A DNA stretch of 64,000 nucleotides from Octopus sinensis. Taxonomy: Eukaryota. The stretch covers positions 15,748,001 to 15,812,000 of the forward strand of contig NC_043017.1 in assembly GCF_006345805.1 (NCBI RefSeq), given 5' to 3'. The notes beneath the pieces were generated by a model. That model was not told the DNA's origin, ran no database searches, and saw nothing but the letters and a program-made list of their open reading frames with translations. Shown here one piece after another: positions 26,448 through 38,400 of the stretch; position 1 is the stretch's first letter, and each line of letters opens with the position of its first letter. Position numbers and translations under genes: made by a program.

Positions 26448-27126
26448 TATGTGTAATGTATACACATGTATATTTCTAAGATAGCCCACGGGCATCGTCA
26501 CCTCATTTTACATGTCCCTGTAAATTAAAAAATATAATATAGAAAATATATAAAATTGAAAAATTTAAATTATTTAAATTTAAAATAAAAATTATTAAAT
26601 TATATTTATAATTGTTTAAAAATATATATAACTATCAAAAATTATTAAAAGTTTAATATACATAAATTCAGATATATACACTTTGTATATATACATTATA
26701 TATATATTTATATATCGAACACACACACACTCACACACATATATAAATGAACGCAATGAATATCTGATTCATAATATTTGTTCTCATGATTGTGTGTTGG
26801 TGGTGGCGTGTGGCGATAATTCTCCCTATGAATGCAGACAGGTACATCAAAGAACGCCGTCTGACGAACTTTACATTAAATAACGGGAATGGAATTGTCA
26901 AAGTTATAAATGAAGGGGAGTTAGGGGGGAATGGAGGAAATAGCTTGAGTGAGGAAGATGGCCCCTGGCAACCACACCTTTTAAGATAGGGATTTCTAAG
27001 GTAGCCCACGGGCATCGTCACCTCATTCTACATGCCCCTGTAGATTTTGGAGCGAATCGGACGGGACGTAGTGGCATTGAAAGCGATCCAAGCGGCAAAA
27101 ACGCATTTCAGTTTTATATATAGAGA
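26448..27126 (-). mobile_element. Helitron-like 5' portion with an internal 51-bp direct repeat
   Basis: Minus strand starts A|TCTCTATATATAAAAC at 27126. Direct repeat at 26472-26522 and 26992-27042. Confidence 0.45.
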
Positions 27127-27441
27127 TATATATATTGTTCTGCACACTTTTATTGATTTCAGTTATTGGGCCGCAGCCATGTTGGTGCATTGCTTTTTGG
27201 CCATTTCATTATTTTTATGAAAATCCCAGATTTATTTTTACTTTGGTACTTTTATTTATTGGACAACTTATCACTTTGATAGAACACTCATCTTACACAC
27301 ACACACACAGATTTATATAAACATGGATACATGGAAAGTATATGAGTAGATATAGATAATCATGTTGTCTCTTTCCGTGTTCATTTCTTTCATATTATCA
27401 TACACTAATGTGCATGTATATAGATTTATGCATACATATAA

Positions 27442-27472
<31 letters not shown>

Positions 27473-28388
27473 TATATCATCATTGTTTAACATTTGCTCT
27501 CCCTGCTGGCATGAGGGCACATTTTATTCTTTTCTGTGCCACCATTTATCTCTCTTCATCCTCCCCTGAACCACTTCTTATTGACATCCTTACCTCATTC
27601 TTAATACTCACTTATACTTACCAGTCACTATCCTTGCCTTTGTTCACCACTTATTACATTCACTCCAGTCTACCTCTGACCACCTCCACTCTTATCACTG
27701 TACACCTCTCGTTCTTCACTCTTCCAGCTTTTACCCATCTACTACCACCTATCTTCTATCTCTCATCCTTCCCCTTCCTACTGTACTATCATATGTGCTC
27801 TTCTTTACCCTTCCAGCACTGCCAGTCATCACCCACTCTCCCCTGAGTGACTTTTATTCACATCCATCCCTCATTATCATCATCTCCTCCTACTTAGCTC
27901 GTTTATCATTGATCACTTTTACACCCTTGATCACCCCTCACTACATTCACCCCCAGTCCCTTCTATAACCATATCTCACCCATCCACCCTTCCTGATCTG
28001 TCTCCATACTCCCTCTTCCCTTTAGGGTATGCTGTCTGATTCCCCATACCCATTTTCAGCTCGACCTACCCTTATTGAATGCAGGCTAGCCATGTATCTC
28101 CTCTACAGCAACAAACCTGCTACTCTTTCCTCCATCAACCCCTCAACCCAAGCTGCCTCCTTTTCTGTTGTACTCCCACTCAGCTGGAAGAGGAGGATCT
28201 TGGTCGTTTGAGTTAAAGCTCACCTCACTGGTGCTACTGTAAAGTGATTGGTGTTAAGAAGCGGACCCAGCCATAGAAACCATACCAAAACTAAGACATT
28301 GGAGCATATGTGGAGCCCCTGACTCATTGGATGATCCTGTTGAAGTCCTCCAACGATGACACTTGCATTGAACATGGCCCAAAGGCAA

Positions 28389-28428
<40 letters not shown>

Positions 28429-28535
28429 GCAGTTGAAGACCACTTGACAACAAATGCACTGCAGAGTGGGATTGAACTTGGAAGAACATAGTTACAAAAT
28501 ATTTCATCAGTGGCTCAGTGTGTATTTGTCTAACC

Positions 28536-28808
28536 CAGTGGTTCCTAAACCATTTCAGGCTGCCTACTCCCTTTGACACCCAGGCCACATTCCTAGTGCC
28601 CCCACCCCAACCAACCAACCATCACAACCATAGACCTCTTTCTGAAGCAAATTCAAAGCAACTCTATTTCACAAATGTAACTTAACCTAATGAACCCATT
28701 ATTTCATTGTTTTTACATGAATTGCTATCCCATTATTGCGCCCTTGGAAATTTCCACCACCACCACCCCCAGGCGGCGTGGCAATACCGCCCGCTTTGGG
28801 AACCACTG
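28536..28808. mobile_element. hAT-family MITE
   Basis: TIRs CAGTGGTTCCTAAA and TTTGGGAACCACTG. Perfect 8-bp TSD GTCTAACC at 28528-28535 and 28809-28816. Confidence 0.92.
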
Positions 28809-28915
28809 GTCTAACCCATATTCAGTTTGGGAAAACACGTATGAAATGAACAAACAGATGTACGGTACCTTCTTTCCCATCTGTCTTATTAAAATCTCAC
28901 TCATTTGTAGGGTTT

Positions 28916-28949
<34 letters not shown>

Positions 28950-29489
28950 TGGAAGCTCCTTATTATGATAATGAATAAGGGTGTCAAACAGTTATTGTTA
29001 TCAAAATTAATTGTTCTCAAACTCTTTCTTAAAAATAAATTAAAACTGATCTGCTTAATCAGTTCCAGATATTGTGTGTAACCGACTGTTATCTATCTAA
29101 ATGGCTCCCTCTCAAAGTGAGCGCAGAAACTTCCCAATGTATGGATACATGTGTGTGTGCCTTCAAATCAAACTCCACTATGTATCAGATAGTTATCTTG
29201 TTGACCCTTGAAGAGCAGAAATGATAGGGTAGCATTTGAACTCAGGACTTGGAGAGGGACAAAACTAAGACATTAGTCTGCTACTCTACCATGTTTGCCA
29301 CTCTCACTATTACAGTATGTGTGTGTGGCTGTAATATAAACAATATTCACATTGATCACAAGTTCTGTCAGGCTTCCAACTAACAATTAACCATCAATCA
29401 ATGGTGAATTAATTTGGAGAGACAAAGAAGAGATTAGTAAGAACAGCTTTAATAATACTTCATCAGACCACTGTCTCACATCATTGTTA

Positions 29490-30125
29490 CATATACTACA
29501 TTGGTTCTACATCATAGCCAGTGTCATCACTGTTCTACATTATAGCCAGTGTTCTGTGTCTTTCTCCTACCATCCCTGGTAAATGCATTAGTTCTACATT
29601 ATAGCCAGTGATCATTCTGCTACCTTAACTGTTCTACATTGTAGCCAGTGTCATCACTGTTCTACACCAAAGCTAGTGGTCTATGTCTTTCTCCTACCAT
29701 CCCTGGTAAATGCATTAGTTCTACATTATAGCCAGTGATCATTCTGCTACCTTCACTGTTCTACATTGTAGCCAGTGTCATCACTGTTCTACACCAAAGC
29801 TAGTGGTCTATGTCTTTCTCCTACCATCCCTGGTAAATGCATTAGTTCTACATTATAGCCAGTGATCATTCTGCTACCTTCACTGTTCTACATTGTAGCC
29901 AGTGTCATCACTGTTCTACACCAAAGCTAGTGGTCTATGTCTTTCTCCTACCATCCCTGGTAAATGCATTGGTTCTACATCATAGCCAGTAGTCAGTTGT
30001 GTGTTGTTGCCACATCTTCACAGTTCTACATCATAGCCAGTTACCTTTTGATATGTGTCTTTGCCCTCTCATCAAAGTATAATACTTCCTTCATGTGAAA
30101 TGCATTTGTTCAATATTGTAGCCAG
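29490..30125. repeat. 127-bp minisatellite (about 3.5-4 copies with degenerate flanks)
   Basis: CATCCCTGGT recurs at 29571, 29698, 29825 and 29952. The unit is built from TTCTACATT(A/G)TAGCCAGT subrepeats. Confidence 0.95.
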
Positions 30126-30244
30126 TGATGCATTGTTGTGTGATGTTATCTCATAACACTAGAAGGAGAAATAATAGAAATAAGCAGCAGGCTTTTGGGA
30201 GTTTCTTGTGAATTGGCTGCTCCATATGTAAATAGGCACAGACA

Positions 30245-30960
30245 TGGCTCTGGGGTAAGAAGCTTGCTTCCCAACCACATGGTTCTGGGTTCAGTCCCAC
30301 TACGTGGCACTTTGGGCAAGTGTCTCCTATAAGCTTGGGCCAACAAAAGCCTTGTGAGTGGATTTGTTTGACAGAAACTGAAAGAAGCTCGTCATCGGCA
30401 CAAGTGTGGCTGTGTGGTAAGAAGCTTGCTTCCCAACCAACATGGTTTTGGGTTCAGTTGCACAACATCTTGGACAAGTTTTACTACAACTTTGGGCCAA
30501 CAAAACCTTGGAAATGGATTTGATAGATGGAAACTGAAAGAAGCCCATCATATATATTGTATGTGGATATAAGCGTGACTGTGTGTTAAGAAGCTTGCTT
30601 CCCAACCACATGGTCCTGGGTTCAGTCCCACTGTGTGGCATCTTGGGCAAGTGTCTTCTACGATAGCCTTGGGCCGACCAAAGCCTTGTGAGTGGATTTC
30701 GTAGACGGAAACTAAAAGAACCCTATCCTATATATATATATACACACACACACGTACGTGTGTGTGTGTCTGTATATGTTTGTTTGTCCCCCACCATCGC
30801 TTGACAATCGATGCTGGTGTATTTATGTTCCCGTAACTTAGCAGTTCAGCAAAAGAGACTGATGTAATAAGTACTAGGTGTACAAAGATAAGTCTTGGGG
30901 TTATTTGTTCGACTAAGGTGATGCTCCAGCATGGCTACAGTCAAAATGACTGAAGCGTGC
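30245..30960 (+). mobile_element. Tandem trimer of tRNA-derived SINE family B (two truncated copies plus one full)
   Basis: Three heads AAGAAGCTTGCTTCCCAAC; only the last continues into the 3' half. Other copies near 33005-33260 (+), 35361-35745 (-), 41040-41415 (-), 45465-45827 (+) and 20870-21005 (-). Confidence 0.88.
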
Positions 30961-31464
30961 TCCCCCCACCAACACCACTTGACGACCGGTTCAACAAAAG
31001 AGACGCAGAGAATATGTATCAGGCTTTAAAAAATAGGAACTGGAGTCAATTCTTCCAGTGTGGCTGCAGTCTGTTGATTGATACCATAGTGTGTGTGTGT
31101 GTTGCATTTCTCCTTGTTTTGATATAGGATGATAGCTGTAAATGAGTGTCACCAACCTACAAGCAATGTCCTTCGTTTCCAATCTTCTTTGAAACACTTG
31201 TCTGGTGATGGGGGAAATATTCCATTGCTTGGAAACGAGTGAGGGCTGGAGACAGGAAGAGCATTGAGCTGTTGAAGCTATACCTCCACAAATTCCATCC
31301 AGTCCCTACTTAAAATGGATGTCCAAAACGATGAGGATGACTTACAGGTAAAGGGCTTAGCTTGGTCTGGATGTACAAACCCCTCCTGAACGGGACACCC
31401 TCAGGCCAGAATCACAAAATATATCGACAAACAACTGAATGCATCTGTTTCATTGTGAAGCCAT

Positions 31465-31775
31465 GTGGCTTAGTGGTTGGGGTATTTGGCTCCTAATCAT
31501 AAGGTTGTGAGTTCAATTCCCAGTAGCAACTTGGTTCTTTGAGGAAGACACTTTATTTCATGTTGCTCTTGTCAGCTGGCAGAAACGTGTAGTATTTGTA
31601 CTTCAAAGGGGCAGCCTTGTCACATCCTGTATTACAATGAGTCTCCCTGAGAACTATGTTAAGGGTACTTGTGTCTGTGGAGTGCTCGACCGCTTGCACT
31701 TTAATTTTACTAGCAGGCTGTTCCATTGATTAGATCAACCGGAACACTCATCATTGTAATTGATGGAGTGTCAGC
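31465..31775 (+). mobile_element. tRNA-derived SINE family C
   Basis: Head GTGGCTTAGTGGTT...GAGTTCAATTCC, then TTGAG.AAGACACTTTATTTCA. Related copies near 3765-3990, 37275-37400 and 48575-48850. Confidence 0.7.
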
Positions 31776-31970
31776 CAACCAATTTGGTTTTACTGGTTAT
31801 GTTTTCTGTTAAAGTAACAACCTAAAGATCTATGAAGTTAAAATGTCACATTAATCGTTCTTCCCATGACATCATGCCAGTTTGTGATAACAGTTTATCT
31901 AACCTTGATGTGACACTTCCTCACTACATTTATAACAGCGTCAGAAAATGAAGTCAGAACTGCCACATAT

Positions 31971-32420
31971 GCAACTAAATGTAATAAATGCTCATGCAGA
32001 GGAAAATCAAAATGCCTGTTGATGAACTTCTGTATGAGTACGAATCTTGTATATAAATGTACTGTACACACAAAAGGGAGACTGTACATTTACATTGGGG
32101 TAACGGCTGATTCATTCAGGAATTATCACAACCATGTCACCAGCTTCAAGAAAATCAACTAGAGGCATTCAACATCTTTGGCTGATTTTGTGTGGCAACT
32201 TAAGGAATATAAATTTAAATATGATCTAACTTGGTTCATAGTAAGGCACGCACAACCATACAATATTGTTTCCAGGAAATGCAGACTCTGCTCCGAGGAA
32301 TCCTTGTCTATTTTGTGGAGCAATGAGAAGATCATTAATAGAATTTCTGAAAGACTCTCCAGATGCTTACATGCTTATAAATATCCTTTCATACCATGCA
32401 GTGGGGATCAATTGAAGTAA
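31971..32420 (+). mobile_element. Penelope-like element relic: GIY-YIG endonuclease region
   Basis: One frame reads KCSCRGKSKCLLMNFCMSTNLVYKCTVHTKGRLYIYIGVT...HNHVTSFKKIN*RHSTSLADFVWQLKEY...WFIV...KCRLC...SRCLH. This fits the Penelope CxC...C / VY...YIG / CxLC layout. In-frame stop at 32160-32162. Confidence 0.85.
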
Positions 32421-35400
32421 CTGTTAACCAAATTAATAATCATAATTTACCTTAGGGTATGGCTGAATTCTATTGAACTCCATCCTCCTCATTCTTATAA
32501 ACACTAAATAGCTATTTAATTTGCTGTGTGAGCATATGTGCACCAAATCACGTGTGTGTGCGTGTGTGTATGCTTGTATCTTCATGGATGTTTTGTACAA
32601 GCAAGTCTATGTGCGGTATACAATGTAAGCAAGGGCATTTAAACATCCATACCTGTTAACGGTTATATTTAATACAATTTTCACTCTATTGTGTATTCAT
32701 TACTTTTTGCATTTGCTATTTATTATTGACCTTATATGAGAACGAAACTGTATCCTATGATTTGTTGCTTTTCTATACACAGAGAAGATATCTTACTGAA
32801 CAGTTGTTATTTTAATGAGATACATCTTGTAATCACCTGAAGAGACACATCTACACCATCAGATACTCCTAAACCAGTTAAATATCCCACCCACACGGGA
32901 TCAATGCTAGATGGATGGAAACAGTAGTAGTAATTAATAAATATTCTTGTATCTGCCATCTTCCATTTCTCTCTCTCATTAATCGTGTGTGTGTGTATGC
33001 AGTCATGGCTGTGTGGTAAGACGTTTGCTTTCCAACCATGGGCTCTATGGTTTAGCTGTGATGTACAAGACATTGGGCAAGTGTCATCCACTACAGCCAC
33101 AGGTTAACCAAAGCCTTGTGAGTGGAGTTGGTAGACAGAAACTAAAAGAAACCTGTCGTGTGTCTGTCTGTCTGTCCCCACCACCACCACCCTTGATAAC
33201 CAACGTTGGTTTGTTTATGCCCTCATAATTTAGCACTTCTGTAAAAGTTACTGATGAGTAAACTGGCCATATCCAGTCAACATATTCTCCCTGTTTTATG
33301 TTCAAACTGACCAGATATGACTCCTCACACCTACCCAACAATGTCATTCCAAACTTAACAGTTATCTCCTAAAATTCTCAAAGTTGTCAGACAATACATG
33401 GCTAATTCTGAACAATGGGAGTAAATAAGGATTACATGGGACTGAAGAGTTGGTTCTTCCTTAAGCAAACTAATTATTGAGTTTGGAAGAATTCGTCAAA
33501 TTGACAGCTTTGTATCTTTGTCATTTTGTTGTTTATATCGTCATCATCATTCAATGTCCAGGATCCAGTCAAAAGCATGGAGATGATGATGATCCATGGT
33601 GGGACGGTGATCCTGTCAGCATTATGCTCCACTCCCTGTTTTGGCATGGTATGCCATTCCTAATGCCTCATTGACATATTTTAAACTAGATACCTTAAAA
33701 AGTTGGTCAGTCTTGATCAAGCAGACATGCAATTAGAGGCACTCCAACCATGACCACTCCATCTTCCAATCGGGGTTTAAGATCTTGATAGGGTGACCTG
33801 TATACCAGGGACCTTGCTAGGTAGACTTGTGTGTTGTTAGGGGTTTCCTGTGGTGATATATATTTTTATTGGTTTGAGTCTTCTCAGAAAAATCTATAGG
33901 AATCTCTGATGTGGAGGAAGAGACAAAGTGTAGCAGAAATGGTAGATTAAATACAAGATAATGATGAAGTAGTTCAAAGGTTTTGTTGTTTGAAGTAGGT
34001 TTAATTAGAACAATTTAATTAATATTGCTTGATAGAGCAACTGGTTTGTCAAGTTACAATGATGTCTTGATTCAAAGTTTATTTCATACTCACACAATTG
34101 TACCCCACCTCCTCTGCTAGTACTCTAAGTTCATGCTGTCATTGTCAGGCACTCCCCCCTCCCAGCCATTTATTGCAAAATTATCATACAGGAGAGGGAA
34201 ATAAGATTCTGTGGTGTGCATGATGTTTAACTATAAAACCAGTTCTGATCTATTTGACATATCATCAAAGACATTCCAATTACAACCATATCATCTTTAT
34301 TTTCAAGCAAAGCTCAATGGGTTTAAGAGAGATTTGACTGCTATGTCTAGCAAATTTAGAGGATCCTTTGCTAAGTCAAAGTGTTGTGTGTTGGACTGAC
34401 ATTTCCACGTTGTCACTTGGAAACTAAAATAAAGTTACAGACCCAACTTGCTGTGAACTTCCCTTTGCAAGGCTCTAACATTCAATTGTTCCAGCTACAG
34501 AGCGGCACCTTGTAGTCCAGTCAGGGGCAAATTGTGACCCATGGGACTTTATGAATGGCATGCCAAAATTTTTTTTATAGTAGTGAATCTTGCTTGATGA
34601 CGAACCAAGTCTTATTTGCCCTCTTCTTTCAAATGGTTGTTGATGCCTGTTGTAGATTATTAGCCCTAGATTCTTGCAGGTGCAAAACCCTTAGTGACCC
34701 TTAATGGCTCCAACCCAATGGATAATAAGAAGAAACTGGATCCTTTGATATAGGAAGGCAATTAAGATTTCTGGTTTCTTTCATACATTGTTAATTAATT
34801 ATCAATTCGTTGACCATCCTGAGATTCATTCTGCTTTTCTCATCTCCTGAAATTGATTAAAACAAATACCAGATGTATATTGGGGAGAGAGGGGTTTGTC
34901 TCATTGATATTTTTTTTTTTCCTTTCCTCCCTTTGTATGAGCTGGTGACTCTGCAGCTCCAACGAATCAATAACTACAATAGTATTGAACATACGAGAGC
35001 TGTGTTGGTTCAATACTAATTATTGATTTGTAGTTGTTGTTGTTTTCTCTGATATCGAATTATAAACACACAACCCAACTTGCCTCTTCAGCTGTCATGT
35101 TCTGTTTACTAAAACCGCTGGCTCCTAAAGCCCTGACAGTCACTGATGAAATATATCACCACCACCTTCATCAGCGTCATCATCATGAAGCCAGTTTCCT
35201 ATGCTCGCATCAGTTGGATGCTTCTCACACTCTCTTGTCACTTGTTATAGTCCTTCATAATGCAGCACACAGTAACAGGCTTGAAAAAAAAAACCCCACC
35301 TACTTTCGTTGTTCCATATATAAAATGACCAAGATGGCGAGTTCTCTGTTGCTGAGATTGTCTTTTATTCTTTCACTTGTTTCAGTCATTTGACTGTGGC

Positions 35401-38400
35401 CATGCTGGAGCTCTGCCTTTAGTCAAACAAATCAACCCCAGGATTTGTTCTTTGTAAGCCTAGTACTTATTCTATCAGTCCCTTTTGCTAAGTTATGGGG
35501 ATGTAAATACACCAACATCAGTTGTCAAGCGATGTTGGTGGGACAAACACAGACTCACAAATGCACACACACACACACACACACCTATATGACGGGCTTC
35601 CTTCAGTTTGCGTCTACCAAATCCACTTACAAAACTTTGGTCAGCCCGAGGCTACAGTAGAAGACATTTGCCCAAGGTGCCACACAGTGGGACTGAATCC
35701 AGAACCATGTGGTTGGGAAGCAAGCGTTTTAATCACACAGCCACTGATGTAGATACGTAACTGAACATGATTTCTGTATCACGGGTTTTCAGCCTGTGAA
35801 TTGCCTTTGTTTGTATTTGGATGTTATTGGTAGGCTAGAGCACCATGACTTTAAATGTTGTGCACTTCTGGAGAGGTCTTCATTTGTGTATTGAAGTGTA
35901 TCCCAGTTTTAGAATAGGTACACTATGTCCCTGTGTCGTAAGAGGTGACTTAAACAGGGGACAGCAGCAAGGGCGTTCAACCATAAAACATCTTTACTCT
36001 TCCAGTATGTAAAAGCAAGCATAAAATGTTGCTGCTACGACTGATAGACAGATATACTCATGTGTGTGTATATATCTATTTGTGTGTGTGTGTGTGTATG
36101 TGTACTCCTGAAACCAACACCAATCTTTTGTTGGTGACATTCCCTGCTGGTCTGGTAGATATTCTCAACAACCAGTGTAGAATAAGGAAATCTTGCCCAT
36201 TCCTTATATTCTTAGATTACTGGAGCCTCTACAATAGCTTTCAACTGGTAAGTTGCATCAGCCCAGAAGTCTCGAGTCACTAGACCTACTAGAAATAACA
36301 GCTAATTTTCCTTCGAATCACTCCCTTACCACTATAAATAAAGGCAAATACACTGCACAATGTAATCTGTGATTCTGATATACAGTGAAATTGAGATGGC
36401 TATGGCTGGGATGTCTTTTGCTCACAGATCTCTGCTGATTTAGGTGGTTGAACAAGCCACGCTCTGTGAAACAGTAAAGATTGTTAGAACTGGTTCACTG
36501 TGGTTTTAGAATAAAATCTCATCCTGGATGGGATAATAGCAGTCTGTTGCTGGTAATATTCCCAGCTGATCTGGTACCTGTTAGTGCCAATCAAGTGTCA
36601 TGCCCCAGAAATGCAAGAGGTTTAGATCAGATTTGAACTCCCTACATATCCACTCTACCACTTCACTACAAACAACTGCAACAAGATATTGTTACTGTGA
36701 CACTAGCAGAAGTTGTATTGGTTGTATGAAGAGAGCCTCCTTGGCAATGTTTTCCATTGTTGTTCGTATAATTTCTGTAGTTTCTCAGCCCCTCTAGGAT
36801 CTAATAAGAATGGGCTATCACTTTCTCTGATGTACTTTAATAAGATTGAAACCTGCCTACATTTGTTGTTACCTCACCAAAGACCAGACTCACTACATGT
36901 CACTGTTCAGTCTTCAGTTTTCTAGTTTAAAGCTGTCTTGTTTGTCTAGAATTAATCATTAAAGCTAACAACTGCTTCACTTCATTACAGATATAATTTT
37001 AATTAATTAAAAATATTTTTAACTCATTGCATTAAATATGTTAGCTTGCTACACTCTTAATCCTTTCATGACTCTCTCTCCTGACCATGTTGATAGTTTT
37101 ATTAGACCCCACTGGGTTGGCTGCTTACCATCTCAATATTGAAGATTTCAATAACCTCTGCTAACGATATTGTTTTATACAAGGACCCATCTCTTGACTC
37201 TATCTGACCACAGTCCATCTCATTTAACTACTGGTCAATCACCAAGTTTTTTTCTATAGGGGTACATCTATATGGCCCATGGCTTAGTGGTTAGGACAGT
37301 TTGCATCCTCTGTTGCAGGATTGTGGTTTCCATGTCTGATGCTTTGTTGCTTTCTTGAGCAAGACCTTTCATTTCACATTGCTTCACTCACTCAGAAATG
37401 AGTTACCTCTTTGCCATGGAAACCAGCCAACTGACTGTATGAGTCCTTGCATTATGTACGACACTACAGTGCAAGCTGGGGTGGATTTGGCTGCTATTTT
37501 CAGCAGACTGAGCAATGACATAGGGGCAACTTCATTTACTTGTTGTGAATAAGGAACAAAAACATTACAGGTGGAAATGGATACCTCTAAAAGATATTCT
37601 AAAACATCATTTGTTTTGACTATATCACTCAGCTGTGTGTGTGTGTGCTATCTTCTTAACATCCCCTTTTCCATGCTAGCATGGGTCGGATGGAGTTTAT
37701 TGAGGCAGCTTCTCTACATCTAAATGCCCTTCCTGTCACCTACCCTCATTGGTTTCCAAGCAAGTTAATATCCTCCCCCCCCCCCATGTCCATAACAAGC
37801 TTTTCACAGATTGGAAATAAAATACTGCTTGTATGGATGGCAGTAACACTCATTTACCACCTCACAAAGTGATATTCACACATACACACACACAGAATCA
37901 TGTTTCAGTTTCTGTCTACCAAATCCACTCACAAGGCTTTACTTGGCCCAGGGCTATAGTAGAAGTTAATTGCTTATCTCATTAGCATTCAGATTAATCT
38001 GTCAAATTTAATACTTATTTATTTAGATTGTTTTTAATTAATCATGCGTTATCTCATAGCTTTGAGATTGCAATGATATATTTTCTAGAATGACAATGTA
38101 GGGTAGGTACAAGAGGCCAGATATTGACAGTTTGAACCTGAAACAGGCAGAATATTTTGGACTGTCTATGGCCACTTTAAGTGCCAATGGGTTATGGTTC
38201 CACGCAGTAGGACTGAACCCAGAACCGTGTAATTGAGAAGCAAACTCCTTACTACACAACTACACCTGTGTGTGTGTGTGTGTGAAACTTCAATTATCCA
38301 ACATGTCTCAATTAATAGAAGGAACCTATTGATACAGAACTAATTAACAGAGGTTAATTAATTCCTGGAATTTCAGTAACCCCAAGAAGAAGCAAAGTGA

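Noticed and set aside
29490-30125. Regularly spaced repeats resembling a CRISPR array
   Set aside because: The spacers are themselves identical (a tandem repeat), the context is eukaryotic, and there are no cas genes.
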